Assembly: GCF_001194135.2 (NCBI RefSeq)
Contig: NC_068984.1
Coordinates: 84,062,517 to 84,126,516 of the forward strand
Reading direction: 5' to 3'
DNA length: 64,000 bases
Source of the DNA: Octopus bimaculoides
Taxonomy: Eukaryota
Both the position numbers and the translations under genes were made by a program. The notes under the pieces were generated by a model that saw only the letters and a program-made list of their open reading frames with translations, was not told the DNA's origin and ran no database searches. Shown piece after piece: positions 37,905-49,459 of the stretch (position 1 is the stretch's first letter; each line of letters opens with the position of its first letter).

Positions 37905-38479
37905 CTGCAGATATAACAGAAATGATAGTTATCATAAAGTCAATGAGCACGATTAGTTATAAATGTCCAACAATATCTGATAGAATTAACTACATAAATG
38001 TATGTTATGTCTATTACAGGTATGCAAAGTTGATTATCTTGCTCATTAAGTACACATCAAAGAGCCAACAGTGAAATGTCAGGAGACTTCTTTTTAAAAC
38101 TCAACTTTATTATTAACCTCACATTAGAGATGAGAAAATTTTTTTATGATATTCACAGCTAAATTACTGCCTGATCAGTCTGAGATGTGATCATCACTAG
38201 ATATCTCATTCCTGGATGTATACGGACCATTAAGTGGATATTAAGCTTACATGAAAAATAGAAGTTCCTAATTTAAATCCATTTTGAGATTACGTACACA
38301 TTCAAGAAAAGACAACTGATGACGTTTGGTAACCAAAATGTTGCAAGTTTTTAATCTCTAAAGATGAGATTATCAGTTTGAAAAATTATTTTAGGTTAAA
38401 GCGAGAGAACAACTGATCAAATGATCACGGAAACTTGTCTTTTTCAGGTGCTGAATAACATCACTCCTCCCCATGTTCC

Positions 38480-39049
38480 CTCTCATGTTCCTTTCCCAGT
38501 TTTCAGAGTTGGCACCATAAATGTAGGCACATTGAAAGATAGGCCTGGCGAGATTGTTGAGATGCTTGAATGGAGGCATTTTGATGTATGTTGCATCCAA
38601 GAGGTAAGGTGGAGAGGAGCTTCAGTCAGGTTCCTTATAGGCAAGGCACATAGGAATAAAATCTTCTGGGAAGGTAACAGTGACAGGGTAGGCGGCATGG
38701 GCATACTTCTTGCAGAGAAGTGGGTGAAGAATGTACTTTCCAGCATAGATTATTCATTAGTGACTTTAGACACCAGGCCAGAAGGATGCCAAGAAGTAAT
38801 ACCAATCTGGAAAAGAAGGATTTGGAAGCTTAAGGACCCTTCATATGGTCAGAAATTTAGGGACATCCTAATTGAGAAATTTGATGAAAGGGAGGAGGAG
38901 CTACAGACTTGTGACATAGAAGATAACTGGGAATTCCTGAGGGACAGCTTGGTGAGTGACACAAACCAATCTGTGGCTAGTACAAAGTCCCATCCAGACC
39001 TAGGGTAACATGGTGGTGGAATGATGCAGTAGACAGGGCCATTAGAGCT
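38480..39049 (+). mobile_element. RTE LINE APE endonuclease fragment (internally deleted)
   Basis: FRVGTINVGTLK...DVCCIQEVRWRG...GGMGILLAEKWV. Confidence 0.88.
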
Positions 39050-39690
39050 AGGGCAATTGTAAAGGTTTACCCCGCAAATGAAAACAAAATTTAAAAAAAG
39101 AGGGGACATTTTACAAATGCAAAAGGAAAATTTATTAGCTACTGCTTTCAAAGACAAAAGACAGATTTTATTGGTGTTGGTGCTGAGGGGAAACCCCTAG
39201 TGAATATTTGTTATAACAAATATATGGTGGGGTTGATAAATCTGACCAATATCGGGAATATTACCCAGTTGGTTGACCTGGGAAGAAATGGTGGAGGTAC
39301 ATTTTGTGGTCTTTAGTTAATTTAACTATAGTTAATCTATATATTGTCTATGTAAAAAGCCACAAGGTACCTCCACCACCAAAGGACTACAACCATTTGA
39401 AATTTCAGGTTGACATCACATCTCAGTTATGTGAGGGCTTTTCTTCCAGAAAGCACAGAACTGGGAGAAAAGCAAAATTAACTGAGGTGGATGTCAACAG
39501 AGAAAATATTGACTTTCAGAAAACCAAAAAGATAAATGGAAGAAAAAAGTTTGCAGATTGTGTTCGCTGCAAAGAAGAAAAACTGCAAAAGGGTATCAGA
39601 TTGAGACTTCGTATATGTGTTACTTTTGCAAAATGCCCTTGTGTAAAGGATGTTTTGGGCAGTTTCATGACAGAAATATGTCATAACTAT
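39050..39690 (+). pseudogene. piggyBac transposase C-terminal fragment
   Basis: LLATAFKDKRQI...YNKY..GGVDKSDQYREYY...KKWWRYI...NLYIVY and Cys-rich end CVRC...CYFCKMPLCKGCFGQFH, with frameshifts. Confidence 0.9.
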
Positions 39691-40651
39691 ATTATTTTAT
39701 CATATATTCTTTTTCATTTTATTATAAATATGTAAAAGTGAGAAATACATATTAATTTTCAGTATGTTACACACCTGTATTCACTTTTGTCTTACCTGTT
39801 AATGAGCTTTTTTTATTAGATGCATTCTATTATGTAAATGAATTCATTAAATTGTATAAGAGTACATAGCCAATGGTATATTGACTAGTAAAAGAGTTTT
39901 GTACTTTATTTTCAATGAAAATGTTTGAATGAAATATAGAGAAAGAATAATATCTTGTACCGATTACACCTGTATCTTAATTAATTCAAAGTAATGTACC
40001 TTATCTTGAAAAATGTAAAATTGTTGGCAGTTGACATCTGGGATAATTTTAGTAAAAAATCAAACAGATAAGATGTATTAAGAATATGAATTTTAGTGTT
40101 TATTCATAATGCTATTGATTTTACACCTGTCAATTAAATTTACTTGCCTATAAAAGTCAAATTTAATCAGAAAGATCAACTAAAATTACATAACCATAAA
40201 CCATTGGCATATAAGCACCCATTTACAAAATTTCAAATCCGCATGTAGAAGATTAACAAAGTTACAAGCAAACATTGTGGACACCCTACTTGAACCTGAA
40301 TAAATCAAAATTAATGTGAACAGATAAGCATTACATTTGACAAATTAATCTGAACACTAAAAGATTAATGCAAGTACTATTAAAAAGTTAACTAGAAATA
40401 CATATGTAGTGAGTAAAAAAACCTACAGTAATCAATAAAATATTTTCGACTCTGAGCAAACATGGGAGACAACTCCGAACATGATTATGTCTATTCTAAC
40501 TTCAGCTGCTGTCTGAGTTGTGATGAATTAATTGCAAAGAGAAAATACAAGATTGTATATTTATTGTTGTAGGAAAAATGAAATATTCTAGGAATTAATA
40601 ACTTTGAGGTAACATTTACATGGTGAACAAGACTTAAGCTGCTGCTGCCGC

Positions 40652-40880
40652 CACCACCAACACAACCTTTTAACGTCTGTCTTCTGTGCTGGCATAGGTT
40701 GGAAAGTTTGACAGGATATGATGTGTCAGAGGACTGCATCATGCTCATAAGTCAGCATTGGCATAGTTCCTACAGTTGGATGCGCTTCCCAACACTAATC
40801 ACTTTACAGCATGTACTGGCTACATTTTGTGGCATTACAGGGGTCACCATGTAACTTGCAAGACTAAGATTCCCCTTGGC
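40652..40880 (-). mobile_element. RTE-tail repeat (family B), diverged
   Basis: TTTTAACGTCTG...GTTGGATGCGCTTCCCAACAC. Confidence 0.75.
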
Positions 40881-41378
40881 TGAATGAGGGAGTAGCTTTA
40901 TGCTTGGAGCACTCAAGATATTTAATACCTTTACTTAAGCTTGCTCAAAACAGCTGTTACTTTGCTCCCTAGCAACTACTCACCACTCAACTTTGTCGTA
41001 AGAATGAAACTTCCACTTTTTGTCAGTCAAGCAAACTGAAGAAAGCAATGTTGTGCATCTGCCTCAAGACACCACTACAATGGATGACAATTTGAACACC
41101 TGATCAAATGGTCTGCAGTGCAGCACCTTAACTTCACAGACATTGTGACACCTAAATAATTGCAATAAGCCAAAGGAAGAACATTATATCTATGGAAAGG
41201 AAAGGAATTATCATTTGTATGTAAACAACTCAATATTATGAGGATTTGACCAAAATAATTTCTACAAGTAGAATTATACTCACCCATCCATCCGAAAACA
41301 CAAAATCCCTACAGTAACACAAGTTTGAAACAAATATTTTAAGACAAAAGGGAAAAATACATGTTATAATAAGCCAGG

Positions 41379-41410
<32 letters not shown>

Positions 41411-41415
41411 TTTAC

Positions 41416-41508
41416 CTGAATCCAAGGGTTGCTCTTGCAGCTAAGAGCATTGTGCAAACATTTATCTGATAGATGATCTAAACCAGGCTCTATACGAAAT
41501 TCATAACT
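41416..41508 (-). CDS. NDC1: NDC1 exon 9 (93 nt, phase 0 to 0)
   Basis: SYEFRIEPGLDHLSDKCLHNALSCKSNPWIQ, matching AHVFPVQPP...DECLPKVLNS; TTAG / GTAAAC. Confidence 0.92.
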
Positions 41509-42026
41509 CTAAGCAGAAAAAGAAAAAGTTAGAACAAAACTTACAAATACTGTCAAATAGACCGAAGTATTATTATAAAATCTTATCTTTCTTTCATTGC
41601 CTTTTCTAAGTTATCGGACATTTCCCATTTAACAAATTTTCACACAAATTAACTTAGTTTATATATCAACTTCAGATATTTTGTTGTGTATGTAGACTGT
41701 ACACTTATCAATTGTCAGGAAAAGGTGGTATACCATTCACATCCATAGATCCTATGGTGTAGTTTTTAGGGAGACACAGTCCTTCTAGCTACCAATCTCC
41801 TTATGGGACTAAATATCTCTATAGCTTTGATTTTCTTAATAGGTTAAAGAGAAGGGAAGGAGCAGTTGACACGGTCTTTGTAGACCCTTCCAGATGAGTA
41901 AGGTTGATGTAGTTGATACTCACCACAAACATCTGCAATTTAATGGCTCATAAGGATCAGTATCTATCCAAATCTCTCCCTGGATATGACATCCATTTAT
42001 TTAAACTAGTCAAATCAACAGAGACA

Positions 42027-42250
42027 GTGCTATTAGCAAGTATCTTCTACTATAGCCCCACATTGATCAGTGTCAGATTATACAGAAAGCTATTGCATGT
42101 GTATATCTTTGAGTGACATGTACTTGAGAAAATTGATAAACCAGAGCTTTTTAACAAAAATACCCTCTGGTATTTTTCAACCTGAGATACACTGGTGTTC
42201 CCTTGTCACTCGTACACTTGTATATGTTATGATTAATCATTGAGAATCCT
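42027..42250. repeat. Left arm of 224-bp inverted duplication
   Basis: Reverse complement of 42586-42809, with 2 mismatches found by eye. Confidence 0.95.
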
Positions 42251-42337
42251 ATAGACGAATTAATAAAATGGCTAAAATATATATTTCACAAGTTAGTAAT
42301 AATGAAATGAAAATAAAACTTTTTCTTTTTCACATAC

Positions 42338-42470
42338 CTCAGTTAAATATGTCCTTAGTAAAACGGCAGCTAAATGCCAGATGAAATACATGTAGGTTCC
42401 AAGGAAAAATGACTGCAAAAACAATTCTGGTTGAAGAAGACTCTGAACACTGGACAAATTTGTTTCTGGG
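42338..42470 (-). CDS. NDC1: NDC1 exon 8 (133 nt, phase 2 to 0)
   Basis: PETNLSSVQSLLQPELFLQSFFLGTYMYFIWHLAAVLLRTYLTE, matching PLDTVSGLLNLSLL...WILFKIYATE; TTTCTCTGCAG / GAG-GTATGT. Confidence 0.93.
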
Positions 42471-42585
42471 CTGCAGAGAAATTTGTAAGAAGGTTATTTA
42501 AGAAAAGACAAGTCTTAACTTTAAGGTAATTACTTACTCTTTTTTAATTTATCATAAAACTGTGAACAATACCATTGTTGAGTAA

Positions 42586-42809
42586 AGGATTCTCAATGAT
42601 TAATCCTAACATATACAAGTGTACGAGTGACAAGGGAACACCAGTGTATCTCAGGTTGAAAAATACCAGAGGGTATTTTTGTTAAAAAGCTCTGGTTTAT
42701 CAATTTTCTCAAGTACATGTCACTCAAAGATATACACATGCAATAGCTTTCTGTATAATCTGACACTGATCAATGTGGGGCTATAGTAGAAGATACTTGC
42801 TAATGGCAC
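42586..42809. repeat. Right arm of 224-bp inverted duplication
   Basis: Reverse complement of 42027-42250; its outer end runs on into a family A SINE head that continues to about 42877. Confidence 0.95.
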
Positions 42810-43143
42810 CACATAGTGGGATTAAAGAAAGCTATGTGTTACTGAACCATGTTTTATCACACAGCCATTCCTGCATCCAGCAAGATAAAATTTATTTTTA
42901 TGTAATAACATTTACAGTAAAATATATTGTGATAAAGATTACACTCACATGAGGATAAACAAATAAAATAGTTTCTAACACATCAGACAATACTAATTTG
43001 ATAAGGAAGGATGGAGCAGTTAATTAAATTGACCTCAGTATTTGATTGGTACAATATCAACCTCAGAAAGATGAAAAGCAAAGTTGACTTTAAGATTTGA
43101 GCTCAACTGTCATGACTGAATGTGACATGGCATAAAATCTTAC

Positions 43144-43195
43144 ACAGGCTGATGGCTGAAAGTGTTGGTGGAGAGTGTTGTTGATATTGTCAGTC
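43144..43195 (-). CDS. NDC1: NDC1 exon 7 (52 nt, phase 1 to 2)
   Basis: AG / GTAAGA; GLTISTTLSTNTFSHQP; best candidate found with the required phases and the expected leading Gly; weak sequence similarity. Confidence 0.7.
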
Positions 43196-44103
43196 CTATA
43201 CTTGACAAGTACTAACTTTATCTACCCTTATCAAAGTTACCTCCAGCTTAATTTGAACTTAAAACATGTCTTTACTAAATGCACAACAAGGTATTTACTC
43301 CCTGTCTTCACTGATTCTGTGATCCACTGCTTAAGGATGAATACATATAACATAGAAATAGAAAAATATTGGTTTCAAATTTTGTCACAAGACCAGCAAT
43401 TGGGGTGGGGATACATTAATAATATCAACTCTAGTGTCCAACTGGTTGCTTATTTTATCGACCCAGGAAGGATGAAAGGCAAAGTTGACCTCAGGGGTAT
43501 TTAAACTAACTCAGAACATAAAGTCGGAAGAAATGCCACTAAGCATTTTTACAGGCATGATAACCATTCTGTCAGCTTGCCACCTTAGAAATGGGAAAAT
43601 ATTAAAATAATGATATAATGAAGGAGGTTGTTTCAGTAAGGAGTGATTCTAGCTGGAACACATTAAATAATTGTTCTACGTACTTCCATGACCCGTGACT
43701 CCAATCTTGGCGGGGGCAATTTTTGTTACAATACCTAAATGTGAAGGTAAGATGTGAAAGTTTGCAAGGTTAGCCAATGGGAAAGAGCTTGTTACTGATG
43801 AACCAACAAGAAAGCTTCTGCACAGTTGCTCAACTTGTTAGAAGTAAAGGCCAAATATTTCTCAAACCACATCTTAGGATTTAAAAAAAGGCCACACTGA
43901 ATAATGTGGTCTGAGATTCACTATGCCTGATTTTTAAGCATGTGGAAAACAGCAAGAAGAGTTTTCCTCACATTATTTACAGTTTTATATTTTGTCAATA
44001 TGAGTTTTCAAGAGATTTTACCATTTTTAATGCCAATGTGTATTTTTTGTTAGTACAATAAGAATTACTACCAAATGTATTAACATAGTAGATGTCAGGT
44101 TGA

Positions 44104-44335
44104 AGGCGGTGAGCTGGCAGAAACGTTAGCAAGCCAGGCGAAATGCTTAGCGGTATTTCGTCTGCCGTTACGTTCTGAGTTCAAATTCCGCTGAGGTCAA
44201 TTTTGCCTTTCATCCTTTCGGGGTCGATAAATTAAGTACCAGTTACGCACTGGGGTCGATGTAATTGACTTAATCCCTTTGTCTGTCCTTGTTTGTCCCC
44301 TCTATGTTTAGCCCCATGTGGGCAATAAAGAAATA
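44104..44335 (+). mobile_element. Full-length tRNA-headed SINE family C (Meta-domain-like)
   Basis: GGCGGTGAGCTGGCAGAA head, B box GTTCAAATTCC, TTTGCCTTTCATCCTTTCGGGGTCGATAAA core; perfect 14-bp TSD AGATGTCAGGTTGA (44090-44103, 44336-44349). Confidence 0.93.
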
Positions 44336-45031
44336 AGATGTCAGGTTGATGCTGCAGTGCTGTGGTAGAGATGATATCTATCTAATTATCAACTAATTAA
44401 TCTCACTGACAAGAGTAACTTCATTCAATGAGAAAAAAAAGTTGAGGTGGTGATGCTAGAACATGATAAAAATACAGGTTAAGGAAGCCTAAGCTAACCA
44501 AAGGCTCATCAGTTAAATACTCAGACCAGTATCCTTAAATCTCATAGGATTAGACCAATTGTGGTTGTCTTAAGGATGAAGATCTTAAATAAAAGTAGAT
44601 CATTACAGATATGAAATAGGTTTCTTTCGAAAATTATAAAAAAATTGAAGATGATTATATTACCAGATTGAGAGTCGACAGAGATGAGCAGTTAAGTCTC
44701 GAGGAAGATGTCCTAATAAAGATAAGTAAAAAATAAAAAGACAGTTTAGTTGGAAATATTTCAGATTTAGTTACAATAATAGATTAATTCAATTCAGGAA
44801 TTTTTCCTTAACCCTCTTGAATGTTCATATCTTTTAAGAAGTAAGGTAGGTACAACTTAGATTTGAAAATAGTTGAAGGATTTCAGTGGACAATGGCTTA
44901 TTCTTTACCATAATGTTATTTTCCAAAGGAGGAAGAATGGTAAAATTTCCATAACCTAGATAAGAAAGATCCACTTTAGGTACATAGCAATCATTTAAGA
45001 AGTACATGGTGCGTAAAGAAGTGCCAATCTC

Positions 45032-45632
45032 TAACTGTGGAGGGAATCTGTGGTAGAGGTAGACTAAGGAAGACATAAGACGAGATGGTGAAGCATTATC
45101 TTTGAACTTTGAGCCACACAGAGGCAATGACTAGTGACTGAGACCTTTGGCAATGTGCTGTGCTTATTACTTGTCAAATCAAGTGTACCTGTGTTGGTGG
45201 CATGTAAAGAACATCTCTTGAGTGCTGGGCCTGATGGAAACAAAATGGCTGAGTCCCTCTCGAGCATTGGGCCAGATGGAGGCAAAGTGGCTGAGTTCTG
45301 TTCGAGTGTTGAGTCTCACAGAGACAATAAGCTAGACCTTTGGCATTATGTTGTGCTTGAGAAGAAAACCCATCAAGCTGAGCAAAATCGCAGTCGTGGC
45401 AGATATCAGTGTCAGGAAATTGGCACATAATGCATCACAATGGCACCTGTGCTGGTGGCACATAAAAGCACCCATTACACTCTCAGAGTGGTTGGTGTTA
45501 GGAAGGGCATCCAGCCATAGTAAAAAATGCCAAATCAGACTGGAGTCTGGTGCAACATACCAGCATCCTAGTCCAGTCAAACTTTCCAACCCATACCAGC
45601 ATGGACAACAGACGTTAAAAGATGATGATGTC
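45032..45632 (+). mobile_element. RTE LINE 3' end (ORF2 tail plus family B 3' UTR)
   Basis: CGRGRLRKT...TEAMTSD*DLW remnant, then the GGAAGGGCATCC core and GACGTTAAAAGATGATG. Confidence 0.85.
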
Positions 45633-45983
45633 GATAATGTAACTGTCTGGCCTTTAATCAATGTAACCATTAAAAGAAAACAGAGCTACTGGTCAAGAAA
45701 AATGTAAAATAGAAGACAGGCCTTAGTTTAGCTATTAGTGAATAGTAACTTGCATTGTGAAATTGAATTTCTGGGGAATTATATACATACATATATATAT
45801 AATATAATATAAGGATAAAATCTTTATAAGAATTTATCAAGTAGTCAGCGTGAAAAAACCTCATAAGGAAAAAAAAAAAAAAACCCATCATTTTTTTCCA
45901 TAAATATATATAATATAATTTATATAAGGGCATTATTATAAAATAATGCCTCACGCTTATAATAATGCCCTTATATAAATTAT

Positions 45984-46024
<41 letters not shown>

Positions 46025-46149
46025 TTTTACAAGAAGATAGGTAAGAGTCATTTTCAAGTTTCAGCCCACTAGTAGTACTCTACAAAAAATATTAAGTAAT
46101 TCTTCAGTTTAAAGTTAAATTGCTTTTACTATAACTTGAAATAAAAACA

Positions 46150-46880
46150 TTATTCTATACCAGTTGACAAAATTTCATTAGCATAGGTGGATGGCACTAC
46201 TGTATCACATGATTTCACTGTATTGTGGATCATCAGAAGCAGGAAGTCAAGCATTGAAGACCAGACAGAAAAATCAGTCAAACCTGCATAGAATAATACT
46301 GGCCAAACAGCCAGTGATGTTGTGCAAAGCCCATGAAGTGTGTATAAATTAGCTATTAGCATCATAAGCAGCCTTTGTACTGAATATTAATTATCACAGC
46401 CGACTGGCACCCATGCCAACGTCGTCTCCTTCATTGGACACGAAACTCGGCTTGCGAAGACCTGTTGGCGAAAGCAAAATCATGATGGCACCTGTGCCCA
46501 GCGTCGCCTTCCTGGCACTTGTGCCGGTGACATGTGCAAAGACATTCGAGCGAGATCGTTGCCAGTGCCGCTGGACTGGCTCCTGTGCAGGTGGCACGTA
46601 AAATACAACATTTGGAGCGTGGCTGTTGCTAGTACCGCCTGACTAGCCTTCGTGCCGGTGGCACGTAAAAGCACCCACTCCACTCTCGGAGTGGTTGGCG
46701 TTAGGAAGGGCATCCAGCTGTAGAAACTTTGCCAGATCAGATTGGAGCCTGGTGTAGCCATCTGGTTCACCAGTCCTCAGTCAAATCGTCCAACCCATGC
46801 TAGCACGGAAAGTGGATGTTAAACGATGATGATGACGATGATGAAACTAACCTGGATATGTTTTTTCATAATGCTGAAGG
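46150..46880. mobile_element. MITE copy A, interrupted by a family B insertion (46396-46845)
   Basis: 46180-46390 aligns to 46977-47180; the alignment resumes after the insertion (CTAACCTGGAT at about 46850 vs about 47195). Confidence 0.7.
46396..46845 (+). mobile_element. Young RTE 3' UTR copy (family B) with 3 tandem units
   Basis: CpG-rich, intact core CTCGGAGTGGTTGGCGTTAGGAAGGGCATCC, (GAT)n tail. Confidence 0.9.
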
Positions 46881-46924
46881 CTGAGATGAACATCCAAAAA
46901 AAATCATTTCATGTAGATAACAAA

Positions 46925-47299
46925 TGCTAAATACCATCGAAATTCTACATCGGTTAGTCCATTTTAGTCAGCACTGGCGGATGGCCTTCTTGTATCATGT
47001 GATTTCACTGTATTGTGGATCATCAGTTGTAGGAAGCCAAGCTCTGAATGCCAGGTTGAAAATCAATCAAACCTATATTTAGAATACTGGTGAAACAGCC
47101 AGTAAAGCTGAGTAAAGCTGGTGGGCTGAGCGTAAATTTGCTATTAGTGAAAAAAAGCAGCTTTTGCATTGAATATCAATTACAACAACCAACCTAACCT
47201 GGATAAGTTGTCTATACTGCATCCTGAGGCACAGTAGTGCCATCTGCCAGTGTTGACAAATTTTAGTCAAACAGTATAGAATTTTGATGCTTTTTAGCA
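46925..47299. mobile_element. MITE copy B with about 70-bp imperfect TIRs
   Basis: ATGCTAAATACCATCGAAATTCTA...GGATGGCC at the left is the reverse complement of GTGCCATC...TAGAATTTTGATGCTTTTTAGCAT at the right. Confidence 0.75.
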
Positions 47300-47450
47300 T
47301 TTGTCATCTACATGAATTTTCCAGGACATTCACTGCAGCCTATGGCATTATAAACAATACATCCAGGTTAGGTTGGATGTGCCAATTAATATTTGTCACA
47401 AAGGTTACTTCTGTAGCTAATATATGTATATATATGTATGTGTATATATA

Positions 47451-47920
47451 TACTCTTTTACTTGTTTCAGTCATTTGACTGTGGCCATGCTGGAGCACCG
47501 CCTTTAGTCGAGCAAATCGACCCCAGGACTTATTCTTTGGAAACCTAGTACTTATTCTATCGGTCTCTTTGGCCGAACCGCTAAGTTACGGGGACGTAAA
47601 CACACCACCATTGGTTGTCAAGNNNNNNNNNNNNNNNNNNNNNNNNNNNNNNNNNNNNNNNNNNNNNNNNNNNNNNNNNNNNNNNNNNNNNNNNNNNNNN
47701 NNNNNNNNNNNNNNNNNNNNNNNNNNNNNNNNNNNNNNNNNNNNNNNNNNNNNNNNNNNNNNNNNNNGCAAACACAGACACACAAACATATACACATATA
47801 TACGACAGGCTTCTTTCAGTTTCTGTCTACCAAATCCACTCACAAGGCTTTGGGGAATGAACCCGGAACCATGTGGTTGGTAAGTAAGCTACTTACCACA
47901 CAACCAATCCTGCACCTATA
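47451..47920 (-). mobile_element. Young SINE family A (with internal assembly gap)
   Basis: 3' part differs from the 48797-49169 copy at about 5 of 155 positions. Confidence 0.92.
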
Positions 47921-48166
47921 TACATATATATATATATATATATAAAAATAAAATAACAGGTCGATTAAAGATAAAAATGACAATTGCGCATTTTAGGAAA
48001 TAGTCATGGGAAAGACACAAATTTTGGTGGTAAATAGATGCATCAAAATATGTATTTAACCTGGTGTACCACCATTTTCACAATTTCATCACTTAGTATA
48101 ATGTTGCAGAATTGGGTAGTGTAGCTGCGTGTCTGAGGTAGATAAGTAATAATAAGATCAACTTAC

Positions 48167-48275
48167 CAAGAAAGTAGAATATCAGGTAAAAACCTAGCAG
48201 CTGTTTGAAAATTTGAGCAGCAGATTCAAATAATACTGGAACTAGTTGACTTTTAACTTGAAAGAACTTGGCTTG
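48167..48275 (-). CDS. NDC1: NDC1 exon 6 (109 nt, phase 0 to 1)
   Basis: QAKFFQVKSQLVPVLFESAAQIFKQLLGFYLIFYFL, matching QYKFLRFRRSL...FCILYYFL; TTTTCCAG / GTAAGT. Confidence 0.93.
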
Positions 48276-48796
48276 CTGGAAAAGATGTTAAGTGGTTTTC
48301 AAATAGATGTTTCTGGATGCATTGCAAGTGAGTAGCTATGGTCATTCATAAACGAAAGGTACATGTAAAAGTTGTCACCAGTAAGAGTATTATCAATCAA
48401 TGTCAAGTACTGGAAAGCCAAGGTAAGATTCTTGCAAGTTGAACTTATGACCCAGTTTTGACTTGGAGATAGTAACAATTTCATTTAACTTACACCATTA
48501 AAATCTTTAATGAAAGTATGAAAGCTATACATCCTCATTTCCATTTCCTATACAACAAAAGCCTTATATATGTGAAAGAAACCAATATTTATTTATTTCC
48601 TATAACTGAGATAAATAAAGTCAATTGAGATATTTATTCGTAATCAGTGGCGTCTGTCAATGGTTGATTTTGGATAGAAAAGAAACGAGAGGGGTTATGC
48701 TCATATCCTTTTCAAGGACATTACTTACATAACTGAAATAATTCAGATTGGGAATCAAAGCCAGTATGTGAGCTGTTACTAAAACTTTAATGTATA

Positions 48797-48958
48797 GGCG
48801 CAGGAGTGGCTGTGTGGTCAGTAGCTTGCTTACCAACCACATAGTTCTGGGTTCATTCCCACTGTGTGGCACCTTGGGCAAGTGTCTTCTACTATAGTCT
48901 CGGGCCGACCAAAGCCTTGTGAGTGGATTTGGTAGACAGAAACTGAAAGAAGCCCGTC

Positions 48959-48998
<40 letters not shown>

Positions 48999-49169
48999 TT
49001 GTGTGTTTACGTCCCCGTAACTTAGTGGTTCGGCAAAAGAGACCGATAGAATAAGTACTAGGCTTACAAAGAATAAGTCCTGGGGTCGATTTGCTCGACT
49101 GAAGGCGGTGCTCCAGCATGGCCACAGTCAAATGACTGAAACAAGTAAAAGAGTAAAGAGTAAAGAGTA
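48797..49169 (+). mobile_element. Full-length young SINE family A (CORE-like, OR1/OR2-like)
   Basis: A box TGGCTGTGTGG, B box GGTTCATTCC, CORE-like GGCACCTTGGGCAAGTG, internal (GT)n, (TAAAGAG)n tail. Family name tentative. Confidence 0.92.
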
Positions 49170-49335
49170 CTATGAAAAAAAAAAAAAATAATAATAGTAA
49201 AATGATAAATGTATAATAGTCTGATCTTAACGATGATAATAAATTCTATGCAGACACAGTTATGAAATATAAACTATAAAAAACAATGTAGTTAAATAGT
49301 TATTTTCAACAGAAACTCCAGTAGAATGAACTTAC

Positions 49336-49459
49336 CTGTATAATTTTGAAAGGTGTATAGTTGTACTGATTCCTATAAAACCTTAGATGGAACAACAATC
49401 CATGATAAATGGCTGCAGTCAGTAAGAAAAGTTTGTTGTCATTCAGGTAGATGGCAGGG
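49336..49459 (-). CDS. NDC1: NDC1 exon 5 (124 nt, phase 2 to 0)
   Basis: SPAIYLNDNKLFLLTAAIYHG...YNYTPFKIIQ, matching CLNEYHLFFLL...NYLPFPIIQ. Confidence 0.93.

Noticed and set aside
42027-42809. Inverted arms read as the TIRs of a foldback transposon
   Set aside because: The arm ends fall inside a SINE that continues on one side only, no TSD is seen, and the interior is a conserved host exon.
43685-43734. Alternative candidate for NDC1 exon 7 (others near 43240 and 44480)
   Set aside because: Wrong phase, wrong first residue or weak splice sites compared with 43144-43195.
46480-46670. Repeat/spacer-like array resembling CRISPR or hammerhead arrays
   Set aside because: Units are homologous throughout with no unique spacers; the host is eukaryotic; no CUGAUGA/GAAA hammerhead core on either strand.
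46180-47180. Duplicated intronic segment with TGATGA on the gene strand, suggesting C/D snoRNAs
   Set aside because: Lies within a TIR-bounded MITE; no convincing box D or terminal stem.
47230-47250. CTCF-like motif (reverse CTGGCAGATGGCACTA)
   Set aside because: Imperfect single match inside a MITE TIR; no supporting evidence.
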